64,000 bases of DNA, taken from assembly GCA_040081265.1 (NCBI GenBank), contig JBEBGV010000001.1:200559-264558 (forward strand). Reading direction: 5' to 3'. Position 1 is the first letter of the stretch. Each line of letters begins with the position of its first letter. The DNA comes from Vicinamibacterales bacterium. Lineage in GTDB: Bacteria > Acidobacteriota > Vicinamibacteria > Vicinamibacterales > UBA2999. The notes under the pieces are model-generated. The model was not told the DNA's origin. It saw only the letters and a program-made list of their open reading frames with translations, and made no database searches. The translations under genes and the position numbers were made by a program. Shown here in pieces: positions 9,225 through 18,093 of the stretch.

Positions 9225-10524
9225 GCCGTGCTGGCCGGCGGCGACGTCGGCGACGCCGACGGGCCGGCTGTTCACCCTCAGGTGGAGGTGTCTGCGCGGC
9301 TGCAGCTTCGATGAAGCCACGCCAATGCTCCACCACCTCCGGCGACTCACCATGGATCTCCAGCCAGGTGAGCGCGTCGGGAAACGCCCCACGATGAATC
9401 AGCGCCTGCCGTGCCCTGGGCGACAGCCCCGGATCGACCAGTCGCTTCTGCAGCGACAGGATGTGTCGCAGGTGCTCCACGTCACGGCGGGCAAGTGGCA
9501 GCATGCCTAGCGAGATGCGCGGTTCCTTCCGCGGGTCGTCGAGCACCTTGCCGTGCGGCAGGGGCGCGCGGAGAGGATGGTTCAGTGGCACCAGGAGAGA
9601 GCCGAGCAGGATCGCATTGCTGAGGGTTGCCGGAGCGTCGTCGAAACGCCGGCGATAGCTGTCGAGCGCGGCCAGCGACTGCCACAGGCTGTCGCTGGCA
9701 CCACGCTGGAGATCGGGCGACATCGATTCGAGCAGCCGTCGCTCGGCCATCAACCGAAACGCACGCTCCGCCGAGCCTGTGCGGAGCAGTTTGTAGAACT
9801 CTTCGATCAGACGGGCCGGCGCGCTCTTGGCGATCTCGTCCCGGTGTACGGCGATCGCCTCGTCAATCGGCGGATCGATCGTGAAGTCGAGCCGCGCCGC
9901 CATGGCAATCGCGCGGAGCATCCGTACCGGGTCTTCCCGAAAGCGCTCGTTCGGATCGCCGATGCAGCGCACCAGCCCGGCTCTGAGGTCTTCGAGCCCG
10001 CCGGCGTAGTCGATGATCGAGAAGGATCCGATGTCGTAGAAGAGGGCGTTGATGGTGAAGTCCCGTCTGAACGCGTCCTCTTCGGGCGTGCCGAAGGTGT
10101 TATCACGATGGACCAGACGCTCGCCGGCGCCGTCGGCCCCCTGACCCTCAGCCATTCCCCCGGCCCTGGATTCGGGACCCGGCTCGGCCGCCAGCTCCTC
10201 GGCTGTCACCTGGCGCCTGAATGTGGCCACCTCGATGTTCTTGGTCCCGAACCGGACGTGCGCCAGGCGAAAACGTCGCCCGATAATCCAGCAGTTCCGG
10301 AAGAGTTTCTTGACTTCGTAGGGGTGGGCGGACGTCCCGATGTCGAAGTCCTTCGGGCGCCGGCCGAGGAGGAGGTCACGGACGCTGCCGCCGACGAGGT
10401 ACGCGACGTGGCGGTGTTCGTGCAGGCGGTACAGCACCTTCAGCGCGTCGGGATCGACCAGTTTTCGGGAAAGAGTGTGCGCGTCTCGCGGCACCACCAG
10501 GGGTTCGCCCATGCTTCTCGGCAT
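9208..10524 (-). CDS. pcnB: Poly(A) polymerase I (tRNA nucleotidyltransferase superfamily)
   Basis: ORF 9208..11445 trimmed to MPRSMGEPLVV. Motifs YLVGGSVRDLLLGRRPKDFDIGT and FRNCWIIGRRFRLAHVRFG closely resemble E. coli PcnB. The C-terminal tail has nine consecutive Arg. Confidence 0.8.
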   Translation of the reverse strand: MPRSMGEPLVVPRDAHTLSRKLVDPDALKVLYRLHEHRHVAYLVGGSVRDLLLGRRPKDFDIGTSAHPYEVKKLFRNCWIIGRRFRLAHVRFGTKNIEVATFRRQVTAEELAAEPGPESRAGGMAEGQGADGAGERLVHRDNTFGTPEEDAFRRDFTINALFYDIGSFSIIDYAGGLEDLRAGLVRCIGDPNERFREDPVRMLRAIAMAARLDFTIDPPIDEAIAVHRDEIAKSAPARLIEEFYKLLRTGSAERAFRLMAERRLLESMSPDLQRGASDSLWQSLAALDSYRRRFDDAPATLSNAILLGSLLVPLNHPLRAPLPHGKVLDDPRKEPRISLGMLPLARRDVEHLRHILSLQKRLVDPGLSPRARQALIHRGAFPDALTWLEIHGESPEVVEHWRGFIEAAAAQTPPPEGEQPARRRRRRRRRPARPTPTQ

Positions 10525-10587
10525 TGTAGCGGACCAGGCACACGTTCTTCCGAATCGGGCGCGGCCGCAGTACCATCGGTGCTGCCG

Positions 10588-11394
10588 ATGGCCCGCCAAA
10601 TTGCGTTCGTGGTGCTGGTTAGCCTGCTGCATGTCAGCCCGGCATGGGCCGCCGATCCGCCGGCACTCGTCAAAGCCCACGCGCTCTACAACGCCGGGGA
10701 TTTCGAGGGTGCGATTCAGGTGGCCGCGCCCCTTGCGCAGCAGGCCACCGCGGCCGATGCCGTCGCGCTGCTCATCGGTCGCGCTCGCCTTGAACAGTAC
10801 CGCCAGAGTGCCGATGTCACGGTACTCGAGGACGCTCGCGTGGCCCTCTCGTCGGTGAAGGGCTCGGCACTGCCTCCTCGCCAGCAGGTCGAGCTGCTGA
10901 TCGGCATGGGGCAGACCCTCTACTTCGGCGACGTCTTCGGGGGCGCCGCCGAGCTGTTCGACTCCGCGCTCGGTCGCGGGGAGCTTCTGAGCGAACGCGA
11001 TCGCGGAGCGCTCCTCGACTGGTGGGCTACGTCGCTTGATCGGCAGGCCCAGCTTCTGTCGCCAGACCTTCGTCGGCCTGTGTTCGATCGCATCGCCGCA
11101 CGCATGGAAACTGAGCTGCGTCAGGATCCCGGCAGCGGGCCGGCCAACTACTGGCTGGTCGTTGGTGCACGAGGCGTCGGAGATGTGGTGCGAGCCTGGG
11201 ATGCGGCGGTTGCCGGCTGGGTCCGCGCCGCCCTGAATCCGACGTCGGTGGCGACCGTCCGCGCTGATATCGACCGGCTGGTGACCGAAGCGCTGGCGAT
11301 CGAGCTCGGACGCAGTCGTGGCGGCCCGGAACCACAGGACGCCATCAACGCGACCCGAGCGGACTGGGAACTGGTCAAGAGCCAGTGGAAGTAG
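10588..11394 (+). CDS. Secreted helical (TPR-like) hypothetical protein
   Basis: Internal ATG of ORF 9553..11394. Signal peptide MARQIAFVVLVSLLHVSPAWA. Divergent from pcnB. Confidence 0.5.
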   Translation: MARQIAFVVLVSLLHVSPAWAADPPALVKAHALYNAGDFEGAIQVAAPLAQQATAADAVALLIGRARLEQYRQSADVTVLEDARVALSSVKGSALPPRQQVELLIGMGQTLYFGDVFGGAAELFDSALGRGELLSERDRGALLDWWATSLDRQAQLLSPDLRRPVFDRIAARMETELRQDPGSGPANYWLVVGARGVGDVVRAWDAAVAGWVRAALNPTSVATVRADIDRLVTEALAIELGRSRGGPEPQDAINATRADWELVKSQWK

Positions 11395-11401
11395 CGACCC
11401 G

Positions 11402-14206
11402 CTAACCTTTTGCGTCCCGCCAGTTGTCGGCGGTTCCCACATCAACCGTCAGAGGCACGTGCAGGGCAACGGCTCCCTCCATTGCCTCCCGAACGAGCTC
11501 GGCGGCGGAAGACGCTTCCTCCTCAGGTGCTTCGAACAGCAATTCGTCGTGAACCGTCAGGATCATGCGCGTGTGCAGGCGACGTGACTCGAGTTCACGT
11601 GCGACGTCGATCATGGCGCGCTTGAGAATATCCGCAGCGGTGCCCTGAATCGGCATGTTGACTGTTTCGCGTTCGGCGCGCGACCGAATCTGACCGTTGT
11701 TGCTGTTCAGGTCAGGCACCAGGCGGCGCCTGCCGAAGAGCGTGCTCACGACCCCCGTGTCACGTGCGTGCTGAACGGTCGAGTCGATGTACGCCCGCAC
11801 TTTCGGGAAGCCGGCAAAGTACGCCTCGATGAACTCCTGTGCCGCCTCCTTGGTCACGCCGATGTCTTTGGACAGCGTGAAAGCGGTCTTCCCGTACAAC
11901 AAGGCGTAGTTGATGATCTTGGCGCGACGGCGCAGCTCGTGTTTGCCGAGTCCGCTCGACTCACCGAACACCTTGGCTGCCGTCCGGTCGTGTATGTCCT
12001 CGTTGGCTCTGAACGCGTCAATGAGCGTGTCTTCCTCTGCCAGGTGCGCCAGCACCCGCAGCTCGATCTGGGAGTAGTCCGCTGAGATCAGTACATGGCC
12101 GGCCGATGCAACAAATGCGCGACGGATTTCCCGGCCGAGCTCAGTGCGAATCGGGATGTTCTGGAGGTTCGGGTCGGAGCTGCTCAATCGTCCCGTCGCG
12201 GCCACGGCCTGGTTGAAGCTGGTGTGCACGCGACCTGTCCTGGGATTCACCAGCAGCGGTAAGGCGTCGATGTAGGTGCTCTTCAGTTTGTGCAGGCCGC
12301 GCCAGTCGAGAATCAGTCGCGGCAGCTCGTGCGAAAGCGCCAGCTCTTCGAGAACGTCCACCGAGGTTGACGCCGACTTTGTCTTTCCCGTCTTCCTGAG
12401 CGCCGGCAGTTTGAGTTTCTCGAACAGCACGTCGCCGAGCTGCTTCGGTGAGTTGACGTTGAACACTTCACCCGCGAGCTCGTAAATGCGTGCGCTCGTT
12501 GAGGCGAGCTCCTGTTCAAGATGCCTGGACTGTGCTGCGAGGGCAGCGACGTCGACTTTGATTCCGGCGCGTTCGATCTGAACCAGGACCGGGACCAGGG
12601 GCAACTCGAGATCCCGATACACGGTGTCCAGCTGATCCGACTTCAATCGCGGTTCGAGATGAGAGGACAGCTGGAGGGCCAGGTCTGCTCGTTCGCCCGC
12701 AAAGGCGAGGAGCGAGTCGGGCGTGAGCTGCTCAATCGGCGTCGCCTTTGCGCCACGGCCGCACACGTCCTCCTGACTCAACGCACGATAGTTCAGATAC
12801 TCCAGCGCCAGGTCCTCGACGGTGTGGCCGCCAAGACGTGTGGCGTCGAGGACATAACTCTCGAGCATCGTGTCTGATGTCAGGCCGGCGACCAGCACGC
12901 CGTGTTCGGCGAGCACGAGGGCGTCCCACTTCAGATCGTGCGCAACCTTGCCGATCGTTGCGTCTTCGAGCAGGGGCTTCAGGTGCGTGAACGCAACCGC
13001 CGTAGCAAGCTGCGTCGTCGGCTCCGCGACGCTCAGCAGATCACCATGGCCGTCCTCACCCTCATGTCCGAGCGGCAGGTAGCGAGCCCATCGATCTCCG
13101 GTCGAGAACGCGATACCGAGAACGGCCGCGCGCATGGCCGAGGGGCCGTCGGTCAGGACCCGCATGCCGAACCGGCCGGCCTGACGAAGCGTAGCCACCA
13201 GTGCCATCAGGTCAGCTTCCGTGACGACCAGCCGGTAATCACGGCTGACGTTGTCGGCGGTGGGAGCGAACTCGTTCATGAGCGTCCGGAATCCGAGCTT
13301 CGAGAAGAGGTCGTAACACCGCTCACGCGACGGCCCCTGATATCTGATTGCCTCCGGCTGGAATTCGACCGGCACGTCGGTTCGGATCGTCACGAGCTCA
13401 CGGCTTCTGAGTGCCAGGTCGCGATGGGTTGTCAGCGCCTCGCGCTGTTTTGGCTTCACCTCCGAGAGCCGCTCATACATCGCATCGATGCCGCCAAAGG
13501 CGGTCATCAGATCGATCGCGCCCTTCTTTCCAATGCCCGGAACACCAGAGACGTTGTCGCTGGTGTCGCCGACCAGCGCCAGGACGTCCACGACCTGAGA
13601 CGGCAACACTCCGAACTTTTCCACCACCCCGGGTGCGTCGTACCAGATTCCGTCATCCCGCGGATCGAAGACGCGTACCCCGTCGCGCACGAGCTGGAAG
13701 AAGTCCTTGTCGATGGACACGATCGCCACGTCGTTGCCGTGTTCCGCAGCTAGCTTCGTCAACGTCCCGATCACATCGTCGGCCTCGTACCCCCGGGCAG
13801 TGACGATCGGGACGCCCAGGGCCTCGCACGCCTCGTGCACCCAGGCCGTCTGCTCCGCGAGATCGTCCGGCATCGCCACCCGGTTGGCTTTGTAGTCGGC
13901 AACGATTTCGTCGCGGAAGGTCGGGCCCTTCAGGTCAAACGACGCGGCGATATAGGTGGGGCGGTGGTCGGCGATGAGCTTGCGCAGCATCGTGACAAAC
14001 ACGTAGACGGCGTGCGTCGTCTGTCCCTCCTGGTTTGACAGGCCCTTGCCGCGAAACGCGTGGTAAGCGCGGTACATCTGGGAACTGCCGTCGATCAGGA
14101 ACACAGTAGGGCGTGGCACCGATATATCATTGCCCGATATGCCCCTTCGCGGCGTGCGTGCACGCATGGCGCTCATCGCCGGAATCCTCGCGTGCGCGGT
14201 CTTCAC
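11402..14206 (-). CDS. polA: DNA polymerase I
   Basis: 5'-nuclease N-terminus FLIDGSSQMYRAYHA, a 3'-5' exonuclease-like middle region, and a pol domain (DYSQIELRVLAH, QGTAADI). The start is uncertain: candidates are ATG 14206, ATG 14176, ATG 14167 and GTG 14119. Confidence 0.93.
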   Translation of the reverse strand: MKTAHARIPAMSAMRARTPRRGISGNDISVPRPTVFLIDGSSQMYRAYHAFRGKGLSNQEGQTTHAVYVFVTMLRKLIADHRPTYIAASFDLKGPTFRDEIVADYKANRVAMPDDLAEQTAWVHEACEALGVPIVTARGYEADDVIGTLTKLAAEHGNDVAIVSIDKDFFQLVRDGVRVFDPRDDGIWYDAPGVVEKFGVLPSQVVDVLALVGDTSDNVSGVPGIGKKGAIDLMTAFGGIDAMYERLSEVKPKQREALTTHRDLALRSRELVTIRTDVPVEFQPEAIRYQGPSRERCYDLFSKLGFRTLMNEFAPTADNVSRDYRLVVTEADLMALVATLRQAGRFGMRVLTDGPSAMRAAVLGIAFSTGDRWARYLPLGHEGEDGHGDLLSVAEPTTQLATAVAFTHLKPLLEDATIGKVAHDLKWDALVLAEHGVLVAGLTSDTMLESYVLDATRLGGHTVEDLALEYLNYRALSQEDVCGRGAKATPIEQLTPDSLLAFAGERADLALQLSSHLEPRLKSDQLDTVYRDLELPLVPVLVQIERAGIKVDVAALAAQSRHLEQELASTSARIYELAGEVFNVNSPKQLGDVLFEKLKLPALRKTGKTKSASTSVDVLEELALSHELPRLILDWRGLHKLKSTYIDALPLLVNPRTGRVHTSFNQAVAATGRLSSSDPNLQNIPIRTELGREIRRAFVASAGHVLISADYSQIELRVLAHLAEEDTLIDAFRANEDIHDRTAAKVFGESSGLGKHELRRRAKIINYALLYGKTAFTLSKDIGVTKEAAQEFIEAYFAGFPKVRAYIDSTVQHARDTGVVSTLFGRRRLVPDLNSNNGQIRSRAERETVNMPIQGTAADILKRAMIDVARELESRRLHTRMILTVHDELLFEAPEEEASSAAELVREAMEGAVALHVPLTVDVGTADNWRDAKG

Positions 14207-14900
14207 GTCATCGTGCGGGCGGTTGTTGAAGAAGGACTACGAGTACGAAGAAGAGCTGTATCTGGCCCTCGACGGATCAGCCACTCTCAATGTCAACGCG
14301 TCAGTTGCGTCGCTCGTAGCGCTTCGCGGCGCAGATCTTCCCGTCGATCCTCGGGCTCGCGTCGACCGGGAGCGCGTGCGCGCGCTCTTCTCTGGTCCAG
14401 GCGCGGTGGTCCGTGTGAGCCTCTCGCGGCGTGACGGGCGTCGCTTCGTGCACGCCAGTGTGGACGTCGACGATGTCCGCACCCTGCGCTCGCTGGCGCC
14501 CTTCAACTGGTCCTCATATCAGTTTGATCGTCAGGCAGATGTCTTTGACTACCACCAGGTGGTCGGCGCGGCGCGCCGGGCCGACGTCGCAAACGTCGGC
14601 TGGACGGGCGCGGAGCTCGTGGCCTTCCGGATTCACGTGCCCAGCAAGATCCCGTTTCACAATGCACCGTCGCGTCGGGTCGAGCGCGGCAACATCCTCG
14701 AATGGGAACAGCCGCTGACAGAGCGGCTGGAGGGAACCCCGATCGACATTCAGGTGCAGATGGACGCTCAGTCCATCCTGTCGCGCACGCTGCTGCTCTT
14801 CGGTTCGACGATTCTGGCGGCGGCGGCCACCTTTGCCATTGTCATCTGGTGGGTGGTCCGCCGCGGTCGTGGTCCGTCGGTCGTCGAATCACGCTCATAG
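14130..14900 (+). CDS. Putative lipoprotein with a C-terminal TM anchor (hypothetical)
   Basis: Lipobox-like AVFTSSC after MALIAGILAC, and a C-terminal helix LLLFGSTILAAAATFAIVIWWVV. The start is probably 14166 rather than 14130. It overlaps the annotated polA 5' end divergently. Confidence 0.45.
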   Translation: MPDMPLRGVRARMALIAGILACAVFTSSCGRLLKKDYEYEEELYLALDGSATLNVNASVASLVALRGADLPVDPRARVDRERVRALFSGPGAVVRVSLSRRDGRRFVHASVDVDDVRTLRSLAPFNWSSYQFDRQADVFDYHQVVGAARRADVANVGWTGAELVAFRIHVPSKIPFHNAPSRRVERGNILEWEQPLTERLEGTPIDIQVQMDAQSILSRTLLLFGSTILAAAATFAIVIWWVVRRGRGPSVVESRS

Positions 14901-15443
14901 CTTCTCGAGTTCCTCGCGTGCCTCTGCCGTAGTCTTCAGGTCGTTGGTGAACTTGAACGACGGGAATGCGCCCGCGATCGACTGCGCGATCATCCGGTCA
15001 ACGTTGTTGTGGACGACGCCTTCGAGCGTGACACGCCCGTGCTCGACGATGATGTGAATGGGCGGGTTGACACGCGATCCGTAACCGTAGAAGTTCGAGT
15101 TCGAGTAGATCGCCCGCGCGATCCGGAATCGAAGCTCGTCGTCGAACTGCGACACCGGCAACACGTCGATCTTGTTGCGGACCGCGGCGACACCGCGCAC
15201 CTTGGCGACGCGCTCGCCGATGGCGTCGCGCTTGTAGGGCATGGTGACCTTTCCGGTGAGCTCAACGACGCCGTTGTTGAGCCGAGCGTGGACGCTGTCG
15301 AAGATCGAGAAGTGCGGGTACTTCAGAACCTGACTCTGGACCTGCTTGAACAGTTCGTAGTCAGTCGAGTCGGCGGCGAAAGCCGGAGCGCTCAGCGCCA
15401 ACACCAGCGCTGCGATGGTCGTGATTCTTCCGAACATGTGCAA
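14895..15443 (-). CDS. BON domain-containing periplasmic protein (OsmY-like)
   Basis: Signal peptide plus two BON-like repeats (VVELTGKV...RDAIGERVAKVRGVAAVRNKI and RVTLEGVVHNNVDRMIA). Confidence 0.75.
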   Translation of the reverse strand: MHMFGRITTIAALVLALSAPAFAADSTDYELFKQVQSQVLKYPHFSIFDSVHARLNNGVVELTGKVTMPYKRDAIGERVAKVRGVAAVRNKIDVLPVSQFDDELRFRIARAIYSNSNFYGYGSRVNPPIHIIVEHGRVTLEGVVHNNVDRMIAQSIAGAFPSFKFTNDLKTTAEAREELEKL

Positions 15444-15601
15444 CCTCCTGGACGCTCATCACGCCAACTCGAGGCGGACCCGAGTCAAGCGATCCACGTC
15501 CCGGCACGAGTCAGGGCAAGGATGTTGCCAGTGCGTGAGCGTCGGAAAATCGTTCCGATCAAGAAGCCGTCTCGCGTGGCGTCCGCGGGAGAGGACGCCG
15601 A

Positions 15602-16336
15602 TCAGAGCAGCAGCATCGTCGCAACCCCGGCGCCGATGAGCAGGAGCTGGCGAAGTGATCCAGCGTCGGTGCGGCCGCGGTGCAGATCGGGGATGAGGTC
15701 GGACATCGCAACGTAGATGAAGCTCGAGGCTGCGAGGACCAGCACATACGGGATCGCGCGCGGCAGGAAGTCCAGCGCCACAAACGACGCCAGGGCGCCC
15801 ACAGCGCTGGCGCAGCCGGACAGCGCGTTCATCAGCAGCGCGCGCTTTCGCGAGTAACCCTTGTGAAGGAGTATCGCGAAGTCACCGACTTCCTGCGGGA
15901 TCTCGTGCGCGGCGACGGCGAGGGCCGTGCTCACACCCAGGGGTACAGAGGCGATCACCGCCGCCCCGATCACCGCCCCATCGACGAAGTTGTGGAACGT
16001 GTCACCGGCCAGGACGACGAACGCGCTACCCTCGTGCACTTCGCAGTCGTGGGTGTGGCAGTGCCGCCAGAGCACCAGCTTCTCGAGCAGGAAGAACAGC
16101 AGGATGCCGGCGAGCAGTGTCGAGAAGACGCTGGTCGCGGGGAGCTGATCGAGCGTGGCCGGCAGCATGTCGAGCATGGCGACGCCGAGCAGCGCGCCCA
16201 CCGCGTAGCTGATCAGCCATGGGACCAGGCGCGATCGAAGCGCGTCGTTGAACAGCAGAACGGAGGAGGCGACGAACAGGCCGCCAAGTCCGCCCAGGAG
16301 GCTGAGCCCCAGGGCGATGAGGATGGGCGATGACAC
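15602..16336 (-). CDS. ZIP family metal cation transporter (ZupT-like)
   Basis: Polytopic, with the signature AAHEIPQEVGDFAILL and a His-rich loop HCHTHDCEVHEG. Confidence 0.85.
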   Translation of the reverse strand: MSSPILIALGLSLLGGLGGLFVASSVLLFNDALRSRLVPWLISYAVGALLGVAMLDMLPATLDQLPATSVFSTLLAGILLFFLLEKLVLWRHCHTHDCEVHEGSAFVVLAGDTFHNFVDGAVIGAAVIASVPLGVSTALAVAAHEIPQEVGDFAILLHKGYSRKRALLMNALSGCASAVGALASFVALDFLPRAIPYVLVLAASSFIYVAMSDLIPDLHRGRTDAGSLRQLLLIGAGVATMLLL

Positions 16337-16358
16337 GCCGCCCGATCATAGCAAGCGC

Positions 16359-17393
16359 TCAGCCGGGCGCCACGTATCCTCGGCGCGCCCGCACCAGCAG
16401 GCTCCCTCCCCGGACGCTGACCCGAATCGTGTGCCACCGGCCGTCCCGCCGGTCGGGGCTGACATAGCCCAGGGTGTACTGCCGGCTCAATTCGTCCGCA
16501 ATCCGTGACGTAGCCGCGTCCAGGTCGCCAAACCCTCTGACCACCTCGGTGCGGCCGCCCGAATCGTCGGTGATTGACCGCAAGGCGTCGGCGTTCACTC
16601 GGTCTCCTGGCGGAGAGGGCCACCGACCTTGCCCGCCACCGACGATTTGGGGGAACGGAAACGGCACACGTCCTCCAGGACGGCCAGGAACGGGAATGGG
16701 AAAGGGAAACCGTGGGGTCGTGCGGGTTGGCGGACGGACGGTCCGCGTGGTCGAGCTGCCGTCCACACCGAGCGCGTAGACCAGCACTTCGGTCTCCCGA
16801 ATCATCTGCCGCACCTGTCCCAGGGTCAGCCTGCTGTTGGTGTCGTTGCCGTCTGAGATCACAAGGAGGGCCTTCTTGCGGTTTGTTCCCATCCCGGCGA
16901 TCGGCAATGCGTTGGCCAGGGCGTCGTACATGGCGGTCCCGCCTGTGGAGGTTGCGCGTCGGACCGCCCTCAGGATCGACGTCTTTTCCCGTGTCCACCC
17001 CTGCAGAAGGTCAGACGTCGCCGAGAACTGCATGAAGAACACCTCGTCCTCGGGGCCGAGGAGGCTAATCAGTCGATCGATGGCGCTCCGAGCCGACGCC
17101 ATCTTGTCCTCTGTCATGCTGCCGCTGACGTCGAGGAGGATCCCGAGGCTGACCGGTACCCTCTCCGCGGCGAAGTAGGCGATGTCCTGCCGCTGACCGT
17201 CATCAAAAACAGCAAAGTCTTCCTGGAGGAGGTCTGGCACAAAGCGGCCGTCGTCATCAGTGACGGTGGCGGTGACGTTGATGAGCTCGATGCCTCCGCG
17301 AATGGGGCCGTCCTGCGCCCCCAGGACCCCGGAAGCCGGGCCTGCAATGAGGATGGCGAAGACGAGAGCGAAGGCGGAGGGTCGCAAACGCAT
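16359..17393 (-). CDS. Secreted VWA (von Willebrand A) domain protein, acidobacterial VWFA-related type
   Basis: Signal peptide. MIDAS motif LLDVSGSM. C-terminal beta region YTLGYVSPDRRDGRWHTIRV. Confidence 0.75.
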   Translation of the reverse strand: MRLRPSAFALVFAILIAGPASGVLGAQDGPIRGGIELINVTATVTDDDGRFVPDLLQEDFAVFDDGQRQDIAYFAAERVPVSLGILLDVSGSMTEDKMASARSAIDRLISLLGPEDEVFFMQFSATSDLLQGWTREKTSILRAVRRATSTGGTAMYDALANALPIAGMGTNRKKALLVISDGNDTNSRLTLGQVRQMIRETEVLVYALGVDGSSTTRTVRPPTRTTPRFPFPIPVPGRPGGRVPFPFPQIVGGGQGRWPSPPGDRVNADALRSITDDSGGRTEVVRGFGDLDAATSRIADELSRQYTLGYVSPDRRDGRWHTIRVSVRGGSLLVRARRGYVAPG

Positions 17394-17405
17394 GAAGCCA
17401 CCTGC

Positions 17406-17431
17406 GGCAGGGCAAAAGCCCTGCCCTTTTG
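17406..17431. other. GC hairpin GGCAGGGC-AAAA-GCCCTGCC followed by CTTTTG on the + strand
   Basis: An 8-bp perfect stem read directly from the sequence. It lies between the methyltransferase-like stop and the VWA start (both minus strand), immediately 5' of the VWA Shine-Dalgarno AGGTGG. Confidence 0.4.
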
Positions 17432-17512
17432 TCGAAGTGAAACGCGTGTGTCGCGCCCACCGCCTGTGCCCGACGTGACCGGTTTACAGGTCGATGGCGC
17501 CGCTCAAAGAGG

Positions 17513-18061
17513 TCAGGCTTTCAGCCCCTCGGTGAAACGCAAGCCTTCAAGTTCGCCGACGACCCGAACCGGACGAAAGCCCGCCGCCGTCAGAGCCTCG
17601 GCGGCCACGTTCGCCGGTGTTGCGGGAGACGGCCGCAGGAGCGCACCCAGACCGCTCTTCGGCCCTGGGGTAATGACCACCATCCGTCCACCCGGGCGGA
17701 GAACGCGAAGGCACTGCTTCAGCGCATCGACCGACACACCCGGCACGCGCTCACCCACCGCCACGCGAATCCCATGGACCACGACGACGTCGAATGACGC
17801 ATCGGGATAGGGGAGGGCTTCGAGCGAGGTCTCCGAAACGTCAATCAGGGCACCTGCCCGAGCCGCTGCCGTCCTCGCTCTGGCAGCGCCACTTTCATCT
17901 CGAACCGCCACTGCGGCAGAGCCCGAGAGTCCAACCTTGGCCGCGATGGCGCCGGCCACGTCGGGGTCATCAACCCCAATCTGCAGCAACCGCTCGCCCA
18001 TGCGTACACCGGTCATCGTGATGGGGAGCGGCTCACGAGCCTTGGTCTTTCGCAAAAACAT
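17513..18061 (-). CDS. Class I methyltransferase-fold protein with a degenerate SAM motif I
   Basis: ORF 17513..18124 trimmed to MFLRKTK so that it does not overlap ino1. Methyltransf_11-like ...ASFDVVVVHG...LRPGGRMVV. The motif I position reads LLQIGVDDP. Confidence 0.45.
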   Translation of the reverse strand: MFLRKTKAREPLPITMTGVRMGERLLQIGVDDPDVAGAIAAKVGLSGSAAVAVRDESGAARARTAAARAGALIDVSETSLEALPYPDASFDVVVVHGIRVAVGERVPGVSVDALKQCLRVLRPGGRMVVITPGPKSGLGALLRPSPATPANVAAEALTAAGFRPVRVVGELEGLRFTEGLKA

Positions 18062-18093
18062 TACAGAATGTGTGGATGATATGATGCCTGATT

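Noticed and set aside
9235-9261. Short tandem CGN/GCC repeats (also about 51735-51767), considered as repeat or CRISPR-like elements
   Set aside because: They encode poly-Arg tracts inside coding frames (the pcnB tail and the disordered protein). There is no spacer-repeat periodicity, and no CRISPR array exists anywhere in the window.
9553-10587. 5' two-thirds of the 613-aa ORF 9553..11394
   Set aside because: It is antisense to pcnB. A plausible signal peptide and start occur at 10588.
10525-11445. N-terminal 307 codons of the 745-aa ORF 9208..11445
   Set aside because: PcnB homology begins at MPRSMGEPLVV (10524). The extension is antisense to a + strand gene that has a proper signal peptide.
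14119-14206. Apparent 77-nt divergent overlap of the polA and lipoprotein coding regions
   Set aside because: This is most likely a start-codon artefact. Using polA GTG 14119 and lipoprotein ATG 14166 removes the overlap, so it is not treated as real overlapping coding.
15680-16998. ORFs 15680..16333 (+) and 16213..16998 (-) overlapping the ZIP and VWA genes
   Set aside because: Both are antisense or out of frame relative to genes with family motifs, and both have a low-complexity Arg/Gly/Pro composition.
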